Below are positions 26,251 to 38,058 of a DNA stretch of 64,000 nucleotides, piece by piece. The stretch is from contig NC_086380.1 in NCBI RefSeq assembly GCF_036588685.1, positions 76,198,001 through 76,262,000 of the forward strand, given 5' to 3'. Source of the stretch: Mytilus trossulus. Lineage: Eukaryota. The notes under the pieces are model-generated. The model did no database searches and was not told where the DNA came from. It was given only the letters and a program-made list of their open reading frames with translations. A program made the translations under genes and the position numbers. Position 1 is the first letter of the stretch; every line of letters begins with the position of its first letter.

Positions 26251-27962
26251 CTTATCTTCTTCACTTTACCTTGAGGTGATTTTTGGCTTATTTTCATTAC
26301 TGCAACTTAATGTTTTTAAAGTAAAAAAATTCCAAAGGGACAATCAACATCTAAAACCATGAATCAAATAAAGTTAATTAAAACCATGAACAAAATTAAA
26401 TTAAAGTCCAAGAGACGAACAACAGTCCACAAAACACACAGCATACCACGAAAACGATCACTCCTAAACAGCGAATGATCTTAGAAGGTAAGGAAGGGTC
26501 TTTAACTTTGTCATTTTGTTATTATACACTGCTAATAGTGTTTTACATCCACAATGACATGATTTTGTATTTTAAAAGCTTATGTAGAAATTTCTCAAAG
26601 CATCTTTTATTCAAATAATTAAAGCAATTAAACTTCTAAACACATTTAATATGATTAAATATAACACGATTTTAAACTAAATAAGAAATAGCCGCATTTT
26701 ATTTAGTTCGTTTACATCCCGCTCTAGACAACCAAGTGTTTCTAACCAAGGTTACTTATTTCAATGTTGCCTACGATTTAGTAGCAAAGTCATGTTTGCA
26801 TTTAAACATAATTACAAAATTACAAAAAGTAAAAAAGTTTGACTTAGTAAAAAACAGATTTACCTCAATAATCTAGCATATATTATGTTCTAACTTTAAA
26901 TATCCCTTCTTTTATTATGAAATCTCATTCTCCTCCCTGATATTCACAATTAGCGATTTGCTATTTTAACATAAATTAAAAAAAAATGATCGCTATTTGA
27001 AGATGGTAGATTCTTGGGCAACTGCAAACACTTCAATAGAAGGCTGTATCATGAACAAAAATAAATAATAACATCTTAAAATTACAAAACAAATATTCCT
27101 TGACCTAAAATATATACATTTATCTATTTTTTTAGCATACAAATATCAATTCCCCAAGCTATATTTTGCTTTTTATTTTTTTTAGGATTTATGATAAATT
27201 TCAATTTACAGTAAATTTTGCGCCTCGAATTTCTTATTTTTTGTTTGATTTGGAAATTATGTATCATGTTCCATAAAGTTCATATGATCTTTGGAAAATT
27301 TTAAGGTACAAGAATTGGAAAATAGCGTTTTATTTAATAATCGCAAAAATTGGAATTTTTTTTCATGACATTTGACCTTGATTTAACAGAAAATGCACCG
27401 TACGATTTTTTACGACCGGGCAAAACAGAAAGTACAGATTATCAGCTTTCGAATGATATATAATACAGCCGTGTGTTAGGTGGGTGCATTAAAGTCGTTA
27501 ACTAAGCGTCTTAGTCACTCGCCTATTTGATGTTAAGAAGACAATAACAATATAGTTCAAATTTTCATTTTATAATGTCGTCTGGCATGACGTTAATTTG
27601 ATGGTAGGCGTTGAAAATTGATACCTAGTTCAAAACCTCAAAACGTCATGACATAGCAAATTCAAATCCATGTTTGATGTTTACATGTTAAGAAAAAAGT
27701 AGTATATCACTAATTAAAAGTCATAAATCGATTGAAAGAATACAAATACAAATACGGGTTACAAACTAAAACCGATGGAAACTCATCAACTGTATAAGTG
27801 GGAAACAAAGAAATAACACAACACTGAAGTGCATAAAAAAACAACCAAGCGAAAATCTGAAACACCAATTAAAAAGGAAATACTACGTAGGAGAGGCAAA
27901 GAAGCACAGAAAGACATTTGAAATATATATATATATATTCGAGAGCAAATAAAAAGATTTAA

Positions 27963-28738
27963 GGATGTATTCTTCTGACTTTTCAGTCTCGTTCAGTCTC
28001 GTTGAAATCTCGTTCTTAAATTATTTCCAAAACATATGATAGAAGTGGAAAATATCAATGAATTTTAAAAATATTATAATCAAACATAACTCTGTGAAAA
28101 AATTGTGCATTTACCATGAACGGTTTTTGAATAATCCAGTTTTCAAATTTTACGACCATTCAAGTCAGTATTTTTAGTCAAAATTTTGAGAAAATGGGTG
28201 AGGGATACAAAAAATGATTTTACAAGAATAATATACATCACATCTCATTTTGGTCTTTTCAAATTTCTTAGATATGTATTTTTTCAATCATTTATAACAA
28301 AAAAGTTGAATTAATATGCATTTTGTTCTTTAAAATGAGAAAAATCATAAAAATACAAAATTGGCAGTATGGTAAATATTTCACAAAAAAGCATCAAAAT
28401 ATGATAAAACTTTCTTATATTAACACCTACCTATAGTTTTTGTAAGTTAAATTTATTCAGATTGGTCCACTTCATCTTTATGGAAAGTATGAAAAAAAGT
28501 TTAATTGTGGAACTGTGATTTTTTTCACGATAATAGCCCAAAAATAGGTAAAAATCGATGAAAAGTGAGAAAATCATAAAAATTGGGCATTTTCAACGGG
28601 CCGTAGCAAAAAAAGAAGCACACCACCATATGATTTTTTCGTCACCAATTGTTTTGTTACAGTCTTATAAACCTAAAAATCAGGTTAAGAAAAAAAGTTT
28701 AATTCTAGAAATTTTTGGCTCCTCAGAGGTGTACATCC
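27963..28738. mobile_element. TTAA-targeting (Kolobok-like) MITE
   Basis: TTAA|GGATGTA...TACATCC|TTAA. The empty site aaagatTTAAgataagtgtg occurs near 44352. Confidence 0.85.
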
Positions 28739-29454
28739 TTAAGATAAGTGTGCAAAAATAAAAAAATACTCTATATCAAACAAAATAGTGACACTTCCCA
28801 AAAAACTAACAACTAACCAAACAATAAAAAAAACAGTTAAATGAATATACACAAAAAGCCCGAAAAAGAAATAAAAAAAAAGAAAAAAAAAGAAGAAAAA
28901 AACCCAAAACAAAACAAACAGAGATGAGAATTCCAAAATCATATAAAAATGAAGTACTTTAACATAACAGTAAAACAGAAATGACAAAAAGGTGTAGATT
29001 CAATATATGAAATTAGAAAAAGTAAACAACTCATTTCTGCTCAATATATTTAAAATAGTACTAAAAATTTAGAGTAGAATGTAGAGTGCTCTAGATTATA
29101 ACAAAAGTATCTGTTTTATGTCATGTTTGGTGTACACTCTTATATTGTGCATCGCCAACTATTTTACTTATCTACGCTTATCGAATATGTTTCTGAGTCC
29201 AACGGAAATATTTTATTCTCTGGATTCAATTTCTTGTACATTTGGAAGACTAACCAAGAGACATAAGCTTAACTTAAAAATGGATGAGCCAGAGTAAAAC
29301 GTATTTTATATATATAAGTTTCAGAATTGTTTAGCGAAATGAAAAGGGGTTCACACGGGATAATTGTAAACTTTTGGTATTCCGATAAGCACAAAAAAAT
29401 GTGAATATTAAATTATATAATGTATTGATATATATTCCTTGAGTTTTATTTACT

Positions 29455-29900
29455 TTCATGATTTCCTTGATAGAAGGTTGCTGAATACAAGGAAGCTATA
29501 AAACCTAGAGTTCCTATTGTTGAAGTTGAAATCACCCCTTCGTAAATTTAACGGTCTTCATCACGAGTTGTTTAACCGTTATGGAATTTCCGTTCAACAG
29601 ATGATATCAGAGATGTTCCTCATGTTGTTGCTACAATCCCGTTCCCTTTTTAAGAATATGACCTACCAAATCAGACTATTTACCGGGTTTAAAACAACAT
29701 AAGCTACACGACGGGTACCATATGTAGTGCAGGATCTGCTTACCCTTCCAGAGCACATGATATCACTCCTAGCTTATTGTGAGGTTTGTATTGCTTAGTC
29801 TTTAGTCTTCAATGTTGTGACTTATTTGTCCGTTTGCCTTTTTCAGTTTATTTTCGATCTATGAGTTGGAATGTTTCTTATATATCTTTCGGCCTTCTTT
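29455..29900 (+). mobile_element. Penelope-like 3' end (RT C-terminus plus 3' repeat)
   Basis: LKLKSPLRKFNGLHHELFNRYGISV motif. Homologous copies lie at the same position in the 3' flanks of paralogues 4 (45030-45400) and 5 (56050-56455). Confidence 0.78.
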
Positions 29901-32454
29901 TTCAAACAAGTTCAAACATGTAATGGTGTATTAAGTGTGCGTATAATGGGTTATGCTAGTTTGGCGTCAGCTCAGTATGGTAACATCTATCAGTGTTAAT
30001 TTGCACAATTCTTGATCATCAGATTGAATTATTTCAGTTTAAATAAGTCTATCCTTGTGAAACAGAAAACTTTCAGGTTCTTATGCCTGATTTCCAAATT
30101 ATTTACCAAATCTCGATTAAAAAAGCAAAATCAGGATCAAATTAATATATCGTTGACCGAAATTGTCTTTCAAGGGTGTCTAATTTAAAAAAAAAATCTT
30201 GTAGTTACCATCCTTGTGTACATAGTCATTGTTGTATTATTTAATATTACATTAGTTACTCATACAATTCTTATACGAGGGTTTCAAACATACGAAAATA
30301 GAGCTTTAGTCTTGTTATGAGATGTTGTACGAATGCAGTAGAACCACATCATAAAGTACACATGAATTGTACAATTAGTTCAACAATTGATTTCTTAGAA
30401 TGTTTAATTGTTATTGAAAAATTACTTATGATCAGAAAGAACCGTCACTAGCATTTTGTTATTAGTATTGTGTGGTTGAATATTTTTTAGTTTCCTGAGA
30501 GAAGTTCTTTAAATTTACCGTTTTTAATGACTTCGTTTTAATTTACTGTTCACTAGACTTGTAACACTACTTCTTGAATTTTTGGGTTTACAACTTTCTA
30601 TGTCAATAAATTTATAAATATCTGAATCGCTAAATACCCGAAGAGTCGGTATGATTTTCTACTGTAATATCTCGCCAATTCTATGTAAACTCTTTTGTTT
30701 TATGAATCAAAAGTCCTAGACTTAGCAATTTGATCTATTTAAAAGTTTCGTACTGTAAAAATAACAGAAGAATACATTAAACAGATGCATTTAACCTACA
30801 ATGATTTATTTGTTTGAAATGATTTTTATCAATGGGTTGTCGTTAGAAATCTACATAGGACAAATTATATCACATGTTATTTAAAAAACGCCATACATTG
30901 GAATAAGATAATATATGCCTGGAATAAGAAAATCCTTAGTTTTTCGAAAAATTCAAAGTTTTGTAAACAGGAAATTAAAAAAAATTACCACATAATTGAT
31001 ATTCATGCCAACACCGAAGTGTTAAACTGTTAAACTGTTACAGTTACTCTGATCTGAAAAAAAAACACTGTAAAGTTTGTAAGTTACTTTTGTTGTTCTT
31101 TTTTATGACGATGTAATTTATGTTTACATTGTTTAAATCGAATTTGATTCTTTTGAAAAGTACTTTTTAATTCGCATTACTATTACATATAATAATATTT
31201 TGTATATATGTTTTGGTTTGAAATGGATATAGTTTTTGCTTCAATTCATCTTTTTATCACATACATGTAAGTTGAGTCACGTTTTGGAAAGTGCGAAGCG
31301 TTTGTACGGTCTATATTGCTTGTTGTAGGGTTAATAATTATACTTTACTCGAATAAAGGGAGATTATTAACCTCTGATTTATAGTTGTTAGTAGATCTAA
31401 GTTAATTGATGTATCATTGTCAATTTGTTAGTATACCTATTTTGACATTGGACTTTCTACTATGTGTTATTGTGTTATTGTGTGTATTGTTTTTCTTGCA
31501 TTGGCTAGAGGTATAAGGGGTTGGTTGAGATCTAAACAAATCATGTTTAACCCCGCCGCATTTTGCACCTGTCCAAAGTCAGGAGCCTCTGGCAGTTGTT
31601 AGTCTTGTTTGATTTGTAATTTCTGTATCGAAGTTTAGTATGACGTTCATTATCACTGAACTAGTTAACACTTTTATTTAGGAGCCAGGTATTTAAAAAT
31701 CAATAATAGTTTGGGTGGAGTTTGTGTAGGTCAGTTTTATAAAGGTTTTATAGAGTGTTATTGGTATTTTGATCGTTTTGTGTATTGAGCATACAAATGT
31801 GTTTTTAAAATTAACAACTAACGTACCTTGAATGGAGAAGGATGAGGAGCTCGTTAGTTAGTTGCTAATTTCACAATATAATTAGATATTATGAAGTATA
31901 TCAAATACATACCATGGACATTTGATCATGGAGGTTGTAAACTGATTTTTAATGGGTAGTAACAACCCTTTGGCTAAAAAAAGTTACATACTCATCAAAT
32001 GTATTTAAAGTGTAAAGCATCAGATCCCCTGTTCCTCTGATCAGTCGCCAATTCACAGTCGTTGACAAAGCCATTTTAAAGTCTAACACATGCAAGTCAA
32101 ATACAGGGGTAGGTTAGAGGTGGAGGTGGTATTTCCATCATTACTTACTTTTCTACAAAATTGTACATTCAAGTAGTTTTTATTTTTGTGCTGGATTAGT
32201 TATCATTATATCAATATTTTTGATAAGAAATAAAATCGCAATTTCTAAAAAATATTTGAACCTTCCTATTATTGAATTGTGTTCAATTTCATTCACGACA
32301 CTATGTCAAACTTTCACGAACCGGTCACGATACTAAAACATCATTACTGATTATTCATGATTTTCGTTCGAAATACCGATAGACAGCTGTCTGTTAAATT
32401 TATTATAATGACCATAATTAAAATAATTATCTAATCATACAAGAGGTACATTTA

Positions 32455-33870
32455 CACTCATATGTTAAAAAATACACTGAAAACGACATGACGAAAAAAA
32501 ACAACGCGACAAGCAGACAAACATTAGGACACGAAACACAACACAGAAGACCAAATTCTGATCAGCACAAACCCCTCCATGAATTGGGGGTGATCCCACG
32601 TGCTTTGCAGAGATAAGGAGATCCAGCGCCACATCTGGCAATCGTCATGTTGCACGTGTAGTGCAAAGCCGGTTATCAGTTTAATTCGGTAGGTCACATT
32701 CAGGAACAATTGGACAGGATTATAGTTACGACTTAGGAACATATCTGTTATCATCTGTGAAACAGATATTCCATAACAGTAAACTAACTCGTTATGGCTT
32801 CCTTAAAAAATATATGACTACTGGGTACTTTTGGTTCAATAGCTTTATCATGAGCAGCAACTCTCTGTCAAGGAAATCATGATAATAATATAAAAGCCTT
32901 GAATTATCGTATCAACTAAAAGATATATACTCCATATACAAGCACTGCTGGAATGATGCTACATAGACATGGAAAGTTAACAATTTGGAAGCTGAATCTT
33001 CTGTCGTAAAGTTTTGTTAGTGACCGACCATCATGGTCGATTTCTGAATGTATTTCAAGATATGAGGCAGTCTTAATAGTATCTGTTGTATCCATGATCT
33101 GAAGTTCGATTTGATTGATGCGTTAAACATTATCTTTTGTCAGTGAACATCATCTATATAGCGGATAGTAAAGTTAAAAGATACTGCTAACTTCTGCTGT
33201 TAATTACTAAGAAATTCCTATATGCCGTCAGCTTAATATGAATAAAGGAACAAGTCAGCAAGAAGAGGGACACAGTTTTTTTCTCATGAAATTGCCGTTT
33301 GTTTGTTATAAAAGATCCTCCTAATAAATGTTACACACATATTGTTAAACAGGAAATCAGGCTGATTTAAAAAATCTGTTGTTTGAATATGAGAATATTT
33401 TTGCAAAGTATGATTTATCCCTCATTTAGACAATTTACTTGTGTCTATACTGGCCATGCTTTTCAATGAAACAAAGCAGGATAAAAAAAATTTAATTTGT
33501 TTTTTAGTTTGAAATGGGGAATTCTTGTTTAAGTAAAGAACAGTCAAATGTTTTCATACTATAACAAAGTGAAAGTGTGATAAATAGTATTTACCCAAAA
33601 AGATCTTTTGAAAAGAATAGGTAGTTTCACAATAACGGCTTTGTTTGTTGATACAATTGGTGTAAATAATTAAAAAAAGAGGTTTCATTGAGCAACTTGA
33701 AGACATGGCAATATTCTGTTGCTTTAAGGACTCGTATATAGTTTAGTTATCCAATACAGTGATGGAAGATCTTGTTCTTCATATGTGGTCGCAATTCATA
33801 CGAAACATAAAACAGACCTATGATTATCTACGATTTCAATTTAATACGTGTCGGGGGGAGGGGGAGGGTA
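32455..33870 (-). mobile_element. Penelope-like retroelement, ~1.4-kb degenerate RT region
   Basis: Minus strand reads NCVPLLADLFLYSY and YIDDV, and carries the 3' repeat shared with other copies. It abuts the 5'-truncated pseudogene. Confidence 0.78.
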
Positions 33871-33916
33871 TGTGTTGTGTTTGCAAGTCAACCGTAAATA
33901 CCTGCAAATACGTAAG

Positions 33917-35876
33917 CTGCAACATCCATTCAGAAATGATTTTAGATTATTAGTATACAGACCATGAGATCGTATACCATATATACTGAAGAGCCTGTAT
34001 ATCTAATGAACACAGGGTTAGTCAGAACGTACTTCAATTGGAACTTGCCTGAATGGATGTCAAAATGTCTGCACTGTTTGATGATGTTAGTAAAGACACA
34101 ACAATGCACAAAGCATCTTATTACAACATTGAACGCTTTGAGCGATAACAGACAGAAAAACTTACAATCAATAGAGAAATATAGATTCTTACACTGCAAC
34201 AAGTGTATTGCGATATTTCTCCACTCGAGACAGTTAAATTTTAGTATGTAAAGCGCGAGGCTTACCGGGCCCTTCAAATAATAAGATTTAACTGTCGTGA
34301 GTGGAGAAATATCGTAATACACGAGATATAGTGTCGGAATCTGTTTCTCTAATGCTTTTTATCGTTCTTTTTCAAAGATTTTCAGAAAATTGTGCTCTTT
34401 ATATGCGACGTCATCAGGCAAGGTCGCCTTTTTTCATGTTGTCACAATAGGAAAATTGAAAAGAAAACAAAAAATTTTGACGTCATAATCAAATTTAGAC
34501 TAATCATTTGCCGAGAACAGATTTTTCACTAGTGAGGAGAAATATTTTTCTCACACCGGTCAGAAAAGCTGAAAATAGCACAAAAATTAGAGAATTCTAA
34601 ATCATCAATAACTAACCAGATTCGAGTAAAGCAGTTAAATCCAAATTGTGAAACAAATAGACGAGTTGGAGCGTGAACTTTCTACGAGGTTCTCATTTCT
34701 TCAACGAAAACATAAAAAAATGAATAAACAAACAAAAGCAAGAAATGTCACAGGTCTTGGTCGATGTAATAGAAAATAAAACCGAAATGGATTTCTTACG
34801 AGATTATGGATTAAGGTATCAGATGTTTATATTCTTCGATAAAAAGTAACAAATATTCATAGTACCGAGGCTAAGATTCAGCAGATCGTATCCAAATCAC
34901 AAGAAATCGATATTATCTTTCATGAAAAGAAAAATTTTAAGCTCGAGTTTTTCAGGTCACTGTTAGAAAAATTATTAACCACGTCTGCTTCAATACAGAC
35001 CAAAGAGATTTCAGATAATGACCGAACCAAAGAATCGTATTGTCGAGTTTAAGAAGGATGATACAGAATTAAGAGTTAGAACTGAATCCTATGAAAAAAA
35101 AAGAGGGACGCAAGATACCAAAGGGACAGTCAAACTCATAAATGTAAAACAAACTGACAAAGCCATGGCTAAAAATGAAAAAAGACAAACAGAAAAACAA
35201 TAATACACATGACACAACATAGAAAACTAAAGAATATGTTTACAAAAAATGCAAAGATTATGAGATAAAGATACCATTTTCCCCTATTCTTTAAGGTGTA
35301 GCCGTGATACCTGATATCAATAGAGCTGTTGTTACTCTATCTGAATATCAGTCCATACAGTTTATAAACACTACAACGATGAAAAAAGACAAGAAAGTTA
35401 ACGTAGGATTTACATGTTATGGTATTACTGCTGGACGCGAGAGAGTGTACGTGGGTGGTGAAGGTGAAATTATCAGAACATTAGACATCAATGGGAAAAT
35501 TCTTAAAATACATTTGTAATTCAACAAGGATTTAATTGTATTTTCTTCATTGCATATGATGATATACATGATCAATTAATTGTTAGATGTCTTGACAAAC
35601 TCCTTTGGATAAAATTAAATGGAACACTTGTATACAGTAAGGACGCGTCAGGATCAGCAGGAGTAACAATTGATCGACAAGGGAACATTTATTGCGGTAG
35701 TTCCACGACCAACAACATACAGAAACTATCATCAGATAGAGAAATAAAAGGAAGAAATTCTTAACAAAGACAATGACATTAGACATCCGTCTGGAATGTG
35801 TTTTAATAATGACTTCACCAAACTGTTTGTCATTAATAACGTTTACGAGTCCGTATATGTATTCAAATGCAAGTAC
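33917..35876 (+). pseudogene. TRIM-like pseudogene (paralogue 3), 5'-truncated, with stops, frameshifts and two insertions
   Basis: Homology runs from B-box2 (ctgcaacatccattcagaaatgattttagattattag) to the FKCKY end. Fragments such as HLITTLNAL and KVNVGFTCYGITAGRERVYVGG remain. Insertions at ~34181-34595 and ~35093-35234. B-box1 is absent. Confidence 0.88.
34181..34595. mobile_element. ~415-bp insertion in pseudogene 3
   Basis: Interrupts caatcaatagagaa..tctaaatcatcaata. tagagaa is repeated on both sides (34172-34178 and 34588-34594) as a possible TSD. Family unknown. Confidence 0.7.
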
Positions 35877-36350
35877 AAGAGGGACGAAAGATACCAGAGG
35901 GACAGTCAAACTCATAAATCGAAAATAAACTGACAACGCCACGGCTAAAATGAAAAGGACAAACAGATATACAATAGTACACATGACACAACATAGAAAA
36001 CTAAAGAATAAACAACACGAACGCCACCAACAACTATGGGTGATCTCATGTGCTCCGGGAGGGTAAGTAGATCCTGTTCCATGTGTGGCACACGTCATGT
36101 TGTTGATGAGATAACAAATCCGGTAAATAGTCTAATTCGGTAGGTCACATTCATGAAAGGGAAGGGGATTGTAGTTACGACGTAAGGTACATATCCGATA
36201 TCATTTGGGAAATGGTTATTCCATAACGGTCAACTAATTCGTGATGGAGTCCGTAAAATTCACGAAGAGATGATTTCAACATCACCATTTGGAACTCTTG
36301 ATTGTATAGCTTCCTTGTGAGCAACAACCCTCTATTAAGAAAATCAGGAT
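35877..36350 (-). mobile_element. Penelope-like 3' end inserted at the stop of pseudogene 3
   Basis: Begins aagagggacgaaagataccagagggacagtcaaactc. The same end occurs at ~21002 and ~35093. It is the reverse complement of the 29455-29900 family. Confidence 0.78.
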
Positions 36351-36950
36351 AACATATATGGCAAAAAACATAAATAGTGGAATTTTGATTTCTATATAAA
36401 AATGTTACTTATATACAAAATTACATAGTTTTTAGCTTTAACTGAGAAATTTTCATTTTCTTTTACTAAACAAATGACCATTAACCATGCCGTTCATTAC
36501 TTTTCATTTAAAAGTTGTGTAAACTGGTGTGAAATTACAAATATTTGAAATCCATAAATGGCAAATGCGGGAAATTAATAAATTGTACACAATTTAGTAT
36601 AAATGACACATATTTATAAGTAAAACAAAAGGATAATTTTAGATACTGTTATCATTTGCTAATGACAGAATCGATATTACATGTATTAGTGCCAAAATGA
36701 ATGATTTGTGAAATGCTTTCAACTCTTTTAACAATCTACACAAAACTCAACAAAACAAATGCAGAACAATCCTGGGACAACATGTACCGATTAGATAGTA
36801 CTCGAAGTTACAAATAGCATGTTCAAAACCACTAATGTTGTATGATATAGGGAGTCAAAATAGTTTTTCATCATATTACCCCCTTTTGTTCTCTTTACAT
36901 CCTAATTTTGGCACCCATTGTTACACATCACATATAACCGAATACAAACT

Positions 36951-37030
36951 ATGGCATCAGCTAGTTTCTGTTATCTCTGCTCTGAGGCTGAAAAGTATTG
37001 CTCTGACTTTAAAGTATGAAGAAAGACTTA
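36951..37030 (+). pseudogene. Isolated 5' remnant of a TRIM-like paralogue
   Basis: atggcatcagctagtttctgttatctctgctctgaggctgaaaagtattgctctgac...gaagaaagact matches the paralogue start (MASASFC..CSEA..KYCSD..EERL) with internal deletions; homology then stops. Confidence 0.75.
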
Positions 37031-37633
37031 TTTGCGATCATCCGGACACTATACCTACCGTGCGTACCTTATATTTTCATTGCACTATCATGACTTATTA
37101 AATCTCAAATTAAAAAACAATATGTAAACTCTAGAATTTGCTTGAATTTTACTTAGTAACCTTTTATGATCTGTTGAAGTCTTAATTGAAAACTTAATCG
37201 GTGTTATTGGACGACACGATATTTTATCCTGTATTAAAGAGAGAAAAAATCAAGGAGTTCGAACATCTGAAGGAAGTTATTAAACCTGACCCAAGAACAT
37301 CCTTAAAGTGCAATCTCAACTGAAACATAAGCCGACCAAAATCGCAAATAAGCTTATATTCAGTCATAGTAGAAGTTTATAATACCTATATGTGAAGCTA
37401 AATATATGGTTAATACATAGACATTTTGCATGTCTAACTCCAAACATTGCAAAGGTAACACACGGGTAGAAGTATCTGCTATATTTTCCTAACCATCTCC
37501 GGTTTCTATAATTTGTTTACAATTTATTAATTTAGTTTGAGACCTGCCTACGTAACGGGAGGAATAGCTGATTCACTTATTATGATAAAACAGTTTCAAA
37601 TATTACAAATGATTGTACATGTTGTAATAAAAT

Positions 37634-38058
37634 AAAGAGCTGTGCTATAAGCGTATGATACGGCCGTTGCAAAAACTGGAAAAATACCCCTTTATAAGTA
37701 TGAAAATGCAAAACTGGAAAACGAAAAATCTGATATTTATAAAAATTAAAAGATAGCTTCAGTCAACAGATAAAAACAATTCACCAAAGTTTCATAAAAT
37801 TATGCGAAAGTGTTTATTAGTGATTGTCCGAAAACTGGAAAATCCACCCTTTTTTAATTATAAAAATTCATAACATGGAAACGAAAAATCTGAAATTTAT
37901 AAAAATAGAAAAGGGAGCTTACGTCAATAGATTACACAATTCCACAAAGTTTCATAAAAGTTGACGGAAGCGTTTGTTAGTTCTTCCGAAGTCTGGACGA
38001 CGGACGGACGAACAACGAAATACCATAATACGTCCCATCTGAGACGGGCGTATAAAAA
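37634..38058 (+). mobile_element. Helentron/DINE-1-like non-autonomous element
   Basis: aagagc.. start, internal ~140-bp tandem core (ggaaa(a)cgaaaaatctga twice), (GACG)n microsatellite, and 3' hairpin cgtcccatctgagacgggcg followed by tataaaaa. Confidence 0.6.

Larger units (their letters stand above)
23835..27525. mobile_element. Academ-like non-autonomous DNA transposon with nested retroelements
   Basis: Termini TAGGCGAGTGACT...AGTCACTCGCCTA with ~160-bp imperfect TIRs. 3-bp TSD TTT. The empty site tcaTTTgatg is seen in the paralogue-4 flank at 43741. Confidence 0.82.

Noticed and set aside
24890-33870. Diversity-generating retroelement (RT near hypervariable genes)
   Set aside because: All RT pieces are decayed Penelope-like fragments. 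I saw no template/variable repeat pair, and substitutions between paralogues are not confined to adenines.
35583-36098. 171-aa minus-strand ORF with a hydrophobic stretch
   Set aside because: Chimeric read-through of a repeat 3' end and the antisense of pseudogene 3.
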